Below are positions 39,239 through 52,555 of a DNA stretch of 64,000 nucleotides, piece by piece. Every line of letters starts with the position of its first letter. Position 1 is the first letter of the stretch. Source of the DNA: Octopus vulgaris (taxonomy: Eukaryota); the NCBI GenBank assembly GCA_951406725.2, contig OX597832.1, positions 44,392,001 through 44,456,000 of the forward strand, given 5' to 3'. Made by a program: the position numbers and the translations under genes. The notes beneath the pieces are model-generated. The model had not been told where the DNA came from. It did no database searches and saw only the letters and a program-made list of their open reading frames with translations.

Positions 39239-40965
39239 TCTCTCTCTATATAAAACTGAGAACGTGTGTCTGTTTGTGTTTCCCTAAAAGTTGAGAACTA
39301 CATAACCAATTTCATTCAAATTTTACACATGCCTTAATCAGGGTCCATGTTTTTTTAATGGGCAAAAAAAATGTTCAACTTCTTGCCTTGGGCGAGCCCA
39401 TAGCAATATCATATCTTCTCCACTATGATTCCCTAAAACTTGAAAAGTACATAACCAATTTCATTCAAATTATACACATGCCTTACTTAGGGTCCATGTA
39501 GTTTCATGGGCAAAAAAATGTTCAACTTCTTGCCTAGAGCGAGCCCATAGCAATATCATATCTTCTCCACTATTTCAGTGTTACGTGTTAAAAGTGAAAC
39601 AAAAACATTTCTCTATTTTATGTCAGATACTTTCACTTTAACAATAAAAGTTAGAGATAATAATAACAATTGAATTATATGCAGTAAGTAATAATTACAA
39701 TCAAACTAAAGTATAATATAATCGTAACATAACAAAAGTAAAAATAGCAGTTGGTATAAAACTGCATCAATGACTTGAACTTGAATAAGTGATTTCACAT
39801 GAATGGGAATAAATCAAAAATAAAATTAGTGTGCAGTATTGGAATAGCCCAGATGGAGCTGTGCACATACCATTTACCACGGCTTTTACATTAGATTATT
39901 TGCTAATTAGCTAGCATTAAGTTTGGCTGCATGTAATGTCTGTTTTCTCGAACAGCCACTACTACTGAGTACTGCTGTTGGTTTATTTTTTATACATAAA
40001 AGACCATAGCTTCAACTGCGTACTGCTTTTTGATTCACCGTAAGGATTGTTGTTATTATTATTATTATTGTTTATTGTTATCACGTTTGTTGGTTCCTAG
40101 TAAGGGAAACGTTGTTGTGTTACATTTGTTAAATAATTGTAAACTGTAACCCTCCTTCTTTGGGAAAAGGGGCTTTGGTTATTGTTTAAAAATTGAATTG
40201 TGTCCCTGTTTGGGGAAATTGACAATATTTTCACTGTTTATACGGAAGCATTTTTGTTAGAATGCCTTCGATAGAAGAAAGTCCAAAAATGAATTTCGCT
40301 GCAGCCGTCGGCGGGCGCGACCTCATTAAAATTAAAATGGAAGAAATACAAACCTATTTCGGATTGATCACAGACAAAGATGGTGAATCTAGGATAACAC
40401 CACCAAACGAAATAAAAAATTAAATTAAAGAAAAGACTATTGTCTATAAAGTATACAATGTAGAGAAAAAAAAGATTTGAACACCTGGAGGAAAGCACCA
40501 TCGTAAAGTGTCTTGGTGCGACTATGAAAGATATCTAACCAGAGGCAGTAAATTCACCACAATAGAAGCAAGGTTCGAGTCAACGGAGCGTGCAAGGGAG
40601 TACTTGACTCGAACCTTGCAAAGTGGAAATATTTTATTTTTACCTTTATATCTGGGACGTAGGACGTCCTGGATGAAAATTAAAAATGTCCCCCCAGAAG
40701 TAGAGGTAGGCTGGATTGTAGCCACACTTCTATACAAGAGGGAGGACACGATACAATTGATCGAAATTGCAAGAGACAAGCCTACAATTCCAGTCTGTTA
40801 TATATTTTGAATGTTGTTATCACTAGCGATATCAAGATATAACTTTGTATTTTGTATTTTATGTGTAGATGTATATATATAGATGTACATGTAATATGTA
40901 CACATATATACACATATATACATGCACTAGCACTATGACCCGGCAATAACGGGTCATAATGCTAG
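39239..40965 (+). mobile_element. Complete non-autonomous Helitron with internal ~130-bp repeats and cargo
   Basis: A|TC start; tatgacccg-gcaataa-cgggtcata hairpin followed by CTAG|T. Confidence 0.75.
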
Positions 40966-42077
40966 TAATAAATAAAGATATTTTTTTCAACTAGCAAGGA
41001 AAATCATTAACTAATACTCGCCCGAACTTCTTTTTAAATATGGAGCAATATATGCATGAAATAAGTAAATAATTAATGAACACATGTAAATAATTAATTA
41101 AGAAAATAATTAAGTAAATAATTAATGAACACAAGTGTGATCGTTGCCAGAGCAGCAAACTGCCTTCCGTTCCGGTGGCACGTAAAAAGCACCCTTTGAG
41201 TGTGATTGTTGCCAGCGTTGCCTTACTGGCACATGAAAAAACATTCAAGCAAGGTCGTTACCAGTGCTGCTGGACTGGCACCTGTGCAGGTGGCACGTAA
41301 AAAACACTATTTGAGCATGGCCGTTGCCAGTACCACCTGACTGGCCCTAGTGCCAGTGGCATGTAAGAGTACCCACTACACTCTCGGAGTGGTTGGCATT
41401 AGGAAGGGCATCCAGCTGTAGAAACTTTGGCAGATCAGATTGGAGCCTCGTGCAGCCATCTGGTTCACCAGACCTCAGTCAAATTGTCCAATCCATGCTA
41501 GCATGGAAAGTGGACGTTAAACGATGATGATGATGATTCTTGTTCCACTTATAGACAGAACACTCCAGAATATATATTAATCATTCTCTTTGTTATTTTG
41601 AGAATGCCAACTTTGCTACATTACTAATTCGGCAATTAAGGCAGTGAGCTAGCAGAATCATTAACGTGCCAGGGGAAATGTTTGGTATTTCGCCTGTCAC
41701 TACATTCTGAGTTCTAATTCCACCGAGGTCGACTTTGCATTTCATTCTGTTGGGGGTCAATAAAATAAATACCGGTGGTACACTGGGGTCAGTGTAATCG
41801 ACTTGATACCGACTCCTCAAGCTGCACTTGTGGCAAAAATTTGAAATAATTATTAATTAGACAGTGCATTAATTAGACATATGCATGGTATTTATATGTA
41901 TATAGTGTGTTGGCTGTTAACTTTTCAAAAGTTTTGTAACATCAAAATTACAGAATCAATGGAATTCTTCAATCAAGATCCAAGACTAAAATCCCTGAGG
42001 TTAATATGAGGGCTCAAGAATTTCAAATGTCTATATTTAAAAGAAAATAAAAGCCAGATGCAATTAACACATACATA

Positions 42078-42479
42078 GGCGCAGGAGTGGCTGTGTGGTA
42101 AGTAGCTTGCTAACCAGCCACATGGTTCTGGGTTCAGTCCCACTGCTGGCATCTTGGGCAAGTGTCTTCTGCTATAGCCCCGGGCCGACCAATACCTTGT
42201 GAGTGGATTTGGTAGATGGAAACTGAAAGAAGCCTGTCGTATATATGTATATATATGTATATGTATGTATGTGTGTGTGTGTGTGTTTGTGTGTCTGTGT
42301 GTTTGTCCCCCTAGCATGGTGTGTTTACGTCCCCGTCACTTAGCGGTCCGGCAAAAGAGACCGATAGAATAAGTACTGGGCTTACAAAGAATAAGTCCTG
42401 GGGTCGATTTGCTCGACTAAAGGCGGTGCTCCAGCATAGCCGCAGTCAAATGACTGAAACAAGTAAAAGAGTAAAAGAG
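42078..42479 (+). mobile_element. SINE family 1 in the 3' flank of the mini-cassette
   Basis: Full copy with small deletions. Confidence 0.9.
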
Positions 42480-42701
42480 AGAAAAAAGAGAATAATGATT
42501 AAATATTTACTGAGATGCTTTATTAATATAAACAGAAATAAAACTTACAAGCATTGATTTCACTTTATTCAATAAGTAAATAACGTTTACAGGCAACAAT
42601 AAGTATATTGTTAAAATAATAAAAGATACGTTCAAGAGTGTAATATCTTTCCGTAAATGTACAACACATACAAATTGATAATGTTGATTAAAATTAAAAC
42701 T

Positions 42702-43029
42702 TATTTACGTTATTTACAATTGACAAGAATTTGTCCTCATCTTGTTTGTTGTTAACACATTTCAGCTGATATTCTATCTAGCATTCATCAGGTGTCTTGG
42801 GGAAATTTCGAACCTGGGTTCTCATTCCTAAGGTATTTTTCGATGTTGCTGTTGTTGTTATCATCATCATCATCATCATCATCATTATTCAGGCCACTGC
42901 CTGGAATTGAACGTGGGCATATGGCGTAGTCGTTAAGAGCACAGGCTACTAACTCCAAGATTCCGAGTTCGATTCCAGGCAGTGACCTAAATAATGATAA
43001 TAATAATAGTAATAATAATAATAATAATC

Positions 43030-43074
<45 letters not shown>

Positions 43075-43619
43075 CAGTACCAGGCAGTGGCTCTCATGGC
43101 TTCTCATCTTAACTGATTGGAAGTGTTATCATGTACATTGTTTTGTCTTGGTATGAAAGATTGGCTTACAAAAATATTCTGCTCAATACCACAGATTTGC
43201 TTGTCAGTTGTTTGACCTCAACCAGTTGATCATGTCCCTTAGTGGCTGACGATATGTGCATCTCTGATTACGAGCAGAAGTAGTGGGGGAGCATCATAGC
43301 CATGTGTTGAGAGGGACTCTTCAGGGTTTGAATAATTCACCTCTGGAAACATGGGTGTTTTGTTCAACATCCTTAAACAACCCTTATTCAGGGACCTTTT
43401 GAGCTGGATGGGCTACTCGACCAGAAGAAAATTCTAAGTGGGCCCCACCTGCAAGGTCATGTGCTGTTGATCTTGATATGAGATCACCATGTCGCACACA
43501 TATGGTTGTGATGCATGTGCCTAGTGTACCCTTATCAGACGGGTAGTCATGATGGGTATACTGGGCTTCGTATATTCTACACTAGTATCACTTTGATGGC
43601 ATGCACTACTCTCTCACTC

Positions 43620-43672
<53 letters not shown>

Positions 43673-43860
43673 CAAAATCGCAAAATACCTTAGGAATGAG
43701 AGCCCAGGTTCGAAATTTCCCCAAGACACCTGATGAAGGCTGGAGGGTATATCAGCCGAATCATTGTGTTAATAACAAACAAGATGAGGACAAATATCCA
43801 TCAATTGTAAATAATGTATTTAATTCCTCATCTCTTAAATATAGAACTAAATTAAAACTA
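42702..43860. mobile_element. Penelope-like composite insertion with inverted ends
   Basis: 42702-42848 is the reverse complement of 43673-43820; aaattaaaact direct repeat on both sides; degenerate hammerhead core ctgatga-aggctg..cagcc-gaa at ~43730. Confidence 0.55.
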
Positions 43861-44031
43861 TTCTTATAATCTTTCATTGCATAGATATGTCCATGGTTCT
43901 GCACAATTACAACTATAATGGTTTAAGTCATTCTACTCAAAAATATTGTAAATGGATTTGCTGAGTTACGTTGTCTACATAATACAATCTAGTATCCCAT
44001 AAGAGAAAAATCTTTGACAAGACAATATCAT

Positions 44032-44207
44032 CTATATCGTGGGGTTTGTTACTTTACCAATGAAATGGATCATTTTAGTTCGGTCATCAACAACTAAAAA
44101 CGTGAATGGGTGATTGACATCAAATTGCATCCCAATTCTCGACATATAATTTGAGACCACCATTCCACTTGCAGCAGCAGCTTCCGTTCCTTCGTATATA
44201 GTCGTAT
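44032..44207 (-). other. Serpin mini-cassette: splice acceptor fused in frame to hinge, RCL and C-terminus (58 aa); RCL SGMVVSNY-MSR
   Basis: ctccag|AT ACG ACT ATA TAC GAA GGA ACG...; about 1 kb of scaffold is missing; open frame to a TAG stop. Confidence 0.85.
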
Positions 44208-44299
44208 CTGGAGAATATAGAATATGAAGAGAAAATATACAAAATAAATTTGTATAAACATTTGAGGCTACTGACCAGATCTCTAGATGGTGCAAAGTC

Positions 44300-44570
44300 C
44301 CCTTTCATCCCAAGGTAACATGGTGGTGGAACAATGTAGTTGACAGGGTCATTAGGGAAAAGAAACAGGCATGGAAAGACTGGAAGAACGGTGGTAGCAG
44401 GGAATTGTATCAGATCGCCAGAAGGGAAAATAGGAGACAGGTTTACTTAGTCAGAGGGGAAGCAGATAAGAAAAAAATTTGTCAATGTTCTGTGTCGTGA
44501 GGACCAAAGACTTAAAGTGTTTTGTGTTGCAAGACAGTGTGTGAGAGAGAATCATGATGTTATAGGAGAG
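44300..44570 (+). mobile_element. LINE (RTE-like) ORF fragment
   Basis: TWWWNNVVDRVIREKKQAWKDWKNGGSRELYQIARRE resembles the endonuclease-RT linker. Confidence 0.65.
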
Positions 44571-44655
44571 ATATACACACACACAAATACATGCATGCAT
44601 GTACACGTACACACACACACATACACACTCATGCATGCATATTTTTATTATGAGT

Positions 44656-45460
44656 TACTCTCTCTTTTACTCTTTTACTTGTTTCAGTCATTTGACTGCG
44701 GCCATGCTGGAGCACCGCCTTTAGTCGAGCAAATCGACCCCGGGAATTATTCTTTGTATGCCCAGTACTTATTCTATCAGTCTCTTTTTGCCGAACCGCT
44801 AAGTGACGGGGACGTAAACACACCAGCATCGGTTGTCAAGCAATGCTAGGTGGACAAACACAGACACACAAACATATACACACACATACATATATACGAC
44901 AGGCTTCTTTCAGTTTCCGTCTACCAAATCCACCCACAAGGCATTGGTCGGCCCGGGGCTATAGCAGAAGACACTTGCCCAACCCGGAACCATGTGCTTG
45001 GTTAGCAAGCTACTTACCACACAGCCACTCTGCGCCTATATAAATATTTCTGTATAAATATTTCAAAATGTTGAGTTAGTATGAAGGACGTTGAGTAATT
45101 CTGCTTCAAAAAAATTAGATGAAAAACAAAACAAGAATAAAATAACTTGTTGGATTTATGAATGTTAAAAATCTCCAAACAATTATCAGATAATAGATGA
45201 ACTGAGAACAATGGAATATTAGGCGTAGGAGTGGCTGTGTGGTAAGTAGCTTGTTAACCAACCACATGGTTCCGGGTTCATCCCACTGTGTGGCATCTTG
45301 GGCAAATGTCTTCTGCTATAGCCCCGGGCTGACCAATGCTGTGTGAGTGGATTTGGTAGACGGAAACTGAAAGAAGCCTGTCGTATATATATATGTATGT
45401 GTGTGTTTGTGTGTCTGTGTTTGCCCCCCTAGCATTGCTTGACAACCGATGCTGGTGTGT
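44656..45460. mobile_element. Head-to-head inverted pair of SINE family 1
   Basis: 44656-45037 (-) and 45222-45460 (+, truncated). Confidence 0.85.
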
Positions 45461-45997
45461 AAAAGTTTTGTAATGCCACAATTATTGAAACAATGTAATT
45501 ATTTTATCAAGATCCAAGACATAATTACGAAGGGTGAACACGGGGGCTTAAAATTTCGAATGTCTAAATTTAAAACAAAGAATATAAAAGCCAGATGCAA
45601 TCAACACATACAAAATAATGGAATATTTACTGAGATACTTTATTAATATGAAGCATACAAATATTGATTTCACTTCATTCAACCAGAAAATAACGTTTAC
45701 AGGCAACAGTAGATATATTGTTAAAATAGTAAACTTGCAAAGAAAGGATACTTTAAAAAGTGTCAAAATTTTCTGTCAATGTATGGCATATACAAATTCA
45801 TAATATTGATTTAGATTAATGTGGTATTATAATATATCATTGAATAGATATGACCTTGGTTCTACACAGTTACAATTATAATGTCCTAAGTCATTTTACT
45901 AAAAAAACCATTCTAAATAAATTTGTTCAGTTACATTCTCCACATAATACAATGTAGTATTCCCTAAGAGGGAAATCTTTGACAGGGCAATATCATC

Positions 45998-47168
45998 TCA
46001 TGTTGTAGGATCTGTTACTTTACCAATGAAATGGATCATTTTAGTTCGGTCATCAACAACTAAAAACGTGAATGGGTGATTGACATCAAATTGCATCCCA
46101 ATTCTCGACATATAATTTGAGACCACCATTCCACTTGCAGCAGCAGCTTCCGTTCCTTCTTCATTAACATCAACAAATGCTTTATGAAACATTTCACTGG
46201 CATAAATATTCTTCTCACCACCAGTCATCCCAGATAAATCAGCTTTTAGAGGATCAAAAATATCAGGGAGTCCAAGCTTTTTCAAAACATCACCCAACTT
46301 AAAACTACTCTCTAATGAAATTTTGGCATATTTAATTCTAGAAGCATCATTTTAAATCCTTTTCTGTCAACAATGTCTTTGAGAAATTGAGCATTAATCT
46401 CCTTCTCTAAAGCAGCAAGACCATTGATTTCATTGGGAAGAATTACAAACATACTAAATGCTTTTCCTATATAAAGTAACTCAACAACTTTATAGTTGTT
46501 GCGTATTTTTGTATTAAAATCTTCAGATATATACATAAAATCATGAGATACAGTCTTGTCAGAGCTTAAATAAAACTTTCTAGATGATGTTGCTTGTTCT
46601 GGGAATTTTTCAGCTCACATTCCTTTGAAGTATACAGCATTAATAAGAACTAGAACCGACTGAGGTGTCAAACTTCCACTTGGTAACAGATCGGTAATTT
46701 TGTTATTTGTGTTATTCTTAACCCAATCATTAATAGTAATTCTTGTCTTCTCAGCATTTGTTATGAAGTCTACATTTTCAATATCTGAAAAGAAATATTT
46801 TACCATGTTGTTCTTGTAGTCTTCTGAAATAGGGAATTTTTCACTGGCATACAAACGATTCACTGAATTGAATGTGACAAGTTTATCTGAGTTTTTCAAA
46901 AGTGAAAAATATTCTTTAAAAGCCAAAGCTACAGAATCTGGATTTGATGTTATCTTCAAAACATTTTCAAACTGTTTGGCAGAGTTTTGTCTTGCTCCCA
47001 AATAAACCATTGATAAAACAGTAGCAACACTGAATGGTGACATGAAGACATTTTCATTGGTTCCTGTAGCCACAGCTTGATAAAGACTGTTTGTAAAATA
47101 ATCAATTGAAGCAGCAAGGTTACCGATGTCTTGTTTCTCTGCTGAGTCCATATCGTATACGATAGTGT
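45998..47168 (-). pseudogene. Serpin pseudogene; RCL SGMVVSNY-MSR
   Basis: Full-length homology; TGG>TGA at 46615-46617 and a 1-bp deletion near 46315. Confidence 0.9.
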
Positions 47169-47680
47169 CTAGAGAATATAGAATATGAAAAGAAAATATA
47201 CAAAATAAATTCTGGCAAACATTTCAGTATATTGTAGAAGACATCTATGAAAGCAATGTCTGAAATCTCTTCTGTTCAAACTTTAAATTTAACTTTTACA
47301 TGAACATATTTTGTACGGTAACACTTAATATGATTTAAATAGATTTTAAAATAATTAAAAATTTATAAGATTTAATAATATAACCATTTCTTTCTTCCAT
47401 TCTTTATGTGGCATTTGGCACATACCTTAAAATGATGTTGAAATGTTTTAGCTTAAATACGGTGATTATTTACAAAATAGATTTGAACATTATGTATCAC
47501 ATTTAGAATACAGTTAGGAAACAATAAAATTTGGGTTTTTGCATAAATCATTTCAGACGATTTTCATACAGAATTCTTAGATCACATTAGTGTGTTTTAC
47601 ACTCTCTTGAAATATTGAACAGGAACTGTTTTTCAGGAAATTCTTTTGCATTTCATCTCTTCATATTGTATATTCTTTAG

Positions 47681-48729
47681 ATGCCACGGAAATAATATGG
47701 ACTAAGCAAAGAAACAAGACTTCGGTAACCTCGCTGCTTCAGTTGATTATTGTACAAAGAGTCTTTTTCAAGCTGTGTCTACAGGAACCGTTGAAAATGT
47801 TTTCATGTCACCATTCAATGTTGCTACCGTTTTATCAATGGTTTATTCTGGAGCAAGACAAAACTCTGCCAAACAATTGAAAATATTTTGAAAATAACTT
47901 TAAATACAGATCCTGTAATTTGAGGTTTTAAAGAATATTTTTCACTTTTGAAACACTCAGATGAACTTATTGCATTGAATTCAGTCAATTGTTTTAGTGC
48001 CAATGAAAAATTTCGTATTTCAGAAGACTAAAAGAACATTATTGCAAAAAATTTCTTTTCAGATATTGAAAATGTAGACTTCATGACAAATATTGGAAAA
48101 GGAAGAATTAATATTAATTACAATGTTGTAAGACAACAAGATGCTAGAATTGTTAGTATGCTGGGCAAAATACTTAGTAGCAATTTGTCCATCTTGACAT
48201 TCTGGAGTTGACATTGTCATCCTTTAGGGTTTGACAAAATAAGTACCAATTGAGCACTTGTGTTGCTGTAATTGATTTACCCCTACAATTAAATTGCTGG
48301 CCTTGCACCAAAATTTGAAAGCAGTTTTAATGATTGTGCTGAAAATAACACAAATAACATAATTACCGATCTCTTAACAATTTGAAGTTGACACCTCAGT
48401 CGGTTCTAGTTCTTATTAATGCTGTGTACTTGAAAAGAATATGGCATAAAATATTCCTATAAAAAGCAACATCATCTAGAAAGACAATTTTAGCACAAAA
48501 ATAAGCAACAGCTCTACAGTTGTTGAGTTACCTTATATAGGAAAAGCATTTAGTATGTTTGTAATTCTTCCCAATGAAATCAATGGCCTTAATGCTTTAG
48601 TGAAGGAGATTAATGCTCAATTTCTCAAAGATATTGTAGACAGAAAAGGGATTTGAAATGATGCTTCTAGAATTAAATATGCCAAAATTTCGTTTAGAGA
48701 GTAGTTTTAAGTTGGGTGATGTTTTGAAA
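47681..48729 (+). pseudogene. Old serpin pseudogene, truncated before the RCL
   Basis: Acceptor tctttag at 47680; ATG GAC TAA at 47697; many stops; degenerate SINE at ~48120-48325; ends at LGDVLK. Confidence 0.9.
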
Positions 48730-49422
48730 CCCTACAATCTGCTCAATCCAACTATAGGAAAACTGATCTTTCTTACTGTTTCCACCAATGGCACACCCTC
48801 TGAAATATTTTCAAATCACTCACTACTGAAATGCAAACCGAGGCAAATTCATATGTAACCTGACACCACGATGCCTGATTACTCATCACAGGCAAGTGTT
48901 GTCCTTGAAATACCACATCCTGCTAAATGCTGGCCAAGTGACACAACCATCTTGCCTGCTTCACCACATGCCATCATCATCATCATCCATCATTTTGAAT
49001 CCGGGTTTTGTCCTCATTAACGACGGTGGCCGGATCTACTTCAATGCCATAGCAATTGCCCTCACACCATCTCACACATTTTTCGGCAATCCTCCCTTCC
49101 CAAGCCAACCATCCCAATCACCTCCTCCACTTGTTCCCTCCACCTGTTCCACAGTCTATTTCGCTTTTGCCGTCCATTTCCCTCAGACTCTAGCACCCTC
49201 TTCACAACTTGCCCCTCATCCCTCGTGTAGCATCTGTTACAAGAAGCAGTTGTTGCTGAAATATCATACACTTAAGAATGTCATTCACTTGGCACCAACA
49301 TTATGTTTGTTTCCCATAAATGAATTGATGTCGCTATGAGAGCAATAACAACCAGATGACTCAAACTGATCATTGGAGATTTAAATACATCAGCCCTTAA
49401 GCCACTCCAGATTTATTTTAAA

Positions 49423-49818
49423 CTAGCAGTATCGCCCGGCGTTGCTCGGGTTTGTAAGGGAAATAACTATATAAGCATTTTTAGAGATGTAAAGTATAAT
49501 AGCCATCTCAATATGGCTAACCACAAAGGGAGGGTGTTACTGTAGCTTTTTATGTTCTGAAATTTAATAATACATTTTTAGAGAGTTATTTCCCTTATAT
49601 ATGCCAAAAATGCATTAAAAATGGGGAAAATTGATGGTAAATTATTTTTAAAATCGTAGACTCATCGTAGATGCGCGCTATTACCCAGAAGGGCTCGATA
49701 TGAATCACGACTATAAGATACCCGGTTTTGGTTAAACTGTACTGCAAAATGTGGGAGTAGTTAGGAATCTAAATCGTAGGAGACAGACAGCACACAACCT
49801 CACTTTTATATATAAAGA
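49423..49818 (-). mobile_element. Non-autonomous Helitron
   Basis: Same CTAG/hairpin end as 7359; 5' TC at 49818. Confidence 0.75.
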
Positions 49819-51374
49819 TTCTCTTAACTCTCTCCTTAAATATCGGATGATGTGAAAATGTTTGCAATTTCTAATGTTTTAAATGATGTGCCATTGTTAA
49901 AGTTTTATTAAACTGAATATATTGGGTGATACTTTCTCTTGTTCACTCATTCTTATATATGTATACACACAAACGGGTGTATATATATAACGTATACATG
50001 TTTACTCTCCCAGACTCTAGGCTTATGTGTCTCATTTGCTCTTTTCCTCTACTGGGCATTCCATCCTGCCGCAGTTTTCATCAGATCAACTGATACCACG
50101 GATTTGAGTCTGCTTCATAAGGTTTTAACTTATGCAGTATCCATTATCCATTTCCATATTACTTTATGTAGAAAGAAAAGGCTTTCTTCTTTTCTCTACA
50201 ACAATATTTGTGCCATTTAAATTTCCCTCTCAGCAAAAAGTATTTTTGTGTTGAAAATATATTCTCAAATCATATTTTCTAATAATTTATTTAAGTTGTT
50301 AAGATGTATATTATGTCACTTTATCTATGAGGTCTGATCAAAAATTATCCGGCCTTGTGCTATAAAAAAAAAAACTACAACACATATTAATTCAGCATTT
50401 AATCCTCTTTGAAGTAGTCCCATTCTGAAGCTACACAAATGACCCAACATTGTTTCCATTCATGGATGCTTTATGTACCATACACAGTATAAATACATCA
50501 CAAAATTTCAATTTACTGCAGTATATATCTCCAGATAATATCCTTTAAGAACATGCTGCATATAAAAATACGATATATATCGAAGGCAGATGAAAATTGT
50601 TCTAGTTGCAAGTATGCTAGTTTCTAGCTGCAGCTGGTGAGTGTGTTAGATGTATTTCTGCCTCATCTAAGCAGCTGGTTGCCTATGAGTATATGCTATT
50701 GATAACATCCAACAGGACCTGAATGCATCTAGTATCCTCACCAACCAACCAACCAACCACTGCTAGGACAATCTTCATATGCCTGATATAAATAGCATTT
50801 TCAAACACAGCATATCTATGTGAGGTTTTATCTCTGTATGAATACTGTATTGAATCAATGTAATTTTTTAATGAAGATCTAAGACTAAAATACCAGAGAC
50901 TATCAAGAGGGCTGAAGAAGTTGAAATGTCTACATTTGTAACAAAGCTATTAAAAGCCAGTTGCAATTAACACATACATTAAAATGGAATATTTACTGAG
51001 ATGCTTTATTAATATAAACAGAAATAAAAACATACAAGCATTGATTTCATTTTATTTAACCAGTAAATAATGTTTACAGGCAACAATAAGTATATTGTTA
51101 AAATAATAAACTTGCAAAGAAAGGATACTTTAAAAAGTGTCATATTTTTCTGTCAATATATGGCAAGTACAAATTCATAATATTGATTTGGATTAATGTG
51201 GTATTATAATATATCATTGAATAGATATGACCTTGGGTCTGCCAGATTACAATTATAATGTCCTAAGTCATTTTACTAAAAAAACGATTCTAAATATATT
51301 TGCTCAGTTACATTCTCCACATAATACAATGTAGTATTCCATAAGAGAGAAATCTTTGACAGGGCAATATCATC

Positions 51375-52555
51375 TTATGTTGAAGGATTTGTTACTTTAC
51401 CAATGAAATGGATCATTTTAGTTCGGTTGTCAACAATTAAAAATGTGAATGGATGATTGACGTCAAAATCCATACAATTTATAACAAATCGTCCTAACAC
51501 TTTCCTCCTTTCCATTGCACTTGCAGCAGCAGCTTCCGTTCCTTCTTCATTAACATTAACAAATGCTTTATGAAACATTTCACTGGCATAAGTATTCTTC
51601 TTACCATCACTCATTCCAGATAAATCTGCTTTTCGAGAATCAAAAATATCAGAGAGTCCAAGCTTTTTCAAAACATCACGCAACTTAAAACTACTCTCTA
51701 AACGAAATTTTGGCATATGTAAATCTAGACCCATCATTTGAAATCCTTTTCTGTCTACAATGTCTTTGAGAAATTCAGCATTAATCTCCTTCTCTAAAGC
51801 AGCAAGACCATTGATTTCATTGGGAAGAATTACAAACATACTAAATGCTTTTCCTCTATAAAATAACTCAACAACTTTATAGTTGTTGCTTATTTTTGTA
51901 TTAAAATCTTCAGATATATACATAAAATCATGAGATACAGTCTTCTCAGAGCTTAAATAAAACTTTCTAGATGATGTTGCTTGTTCTAGGAATTTTTCAG
52001 CCCACATTCCTTTGAAGTATACAGCATTAATAAGAACTAGAACCGTCAGAGTGGTCAAACTTCCACTTGGTAACAGATCGGTAATTTTGTTATTTGTGTT
52101 ATTCTTAACCCAATCATTAATAGTAATTCTTGTCTTCTCAGTATTTGTTATAAAGTCTACATTTTCAATATCTGAAAAGAAATATTTTACCATGTTGTTC
52201 TTGTAGTCTTCTGAAATAGGGAATATTTCACTGGCATACAAACGATTCACTAAATTGGATGTGACAAGTTTATCTGTGTTTTTCAAAAGTGAAAAATATT
52301 CTTTAAAAGCTAAAGCTACAGAATCTGGATTTGATGTTATCTTCAAAACATTTTCAAACTGTTTGGCAGAGTTTTGTCTTGCTCCCAAATAAACCATTGA
52401 TAAAACAGTAGCAACACTGAATGGTGACATGAAGACATTTTCATTGGTTCCTGTAGCCACAGCTTGATAAAGACTGTTTGTAAAATAATCAATTGAAGCA
52501 GCAAGGTTACCGATGTCTTGTTTCTCTGCTGAGTCCATATTGTATTTGGTAGTGT
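51375..52555 (-). CDS. Serpin copy 4; basic RCL SAMERRKV-LGRF
   Basis: Intact ORF (MDSAEK at 52538); phase-1 acceptor giving DTTKYNM; the ORF-track extension to 52586 is polypyrimidine tract. Confidence 0.95.

Larger units (their letters stand above)
25600..39640. repeat. Segmental duplication unit B
   Basis: Colinear with unit A plus a 1.18-kb foldback insertion. Confidence 0.92.

Noticed and set aside
44032-44207. Manduca-style alternative RCL exon spliced from inside an upstream serpin exon
   Set aside because: No convincing donor before the hinge in any copy; its acceptor is the 5' acceptor of the whole-domain exon
46615-46617. TGA at a conserved Trp that A-to-I editing could recode to UGG
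   Set aside because: A separate 1-bp deletion near 46315 still breaks the frame; worth revisiting only if that indel is a sequencing error
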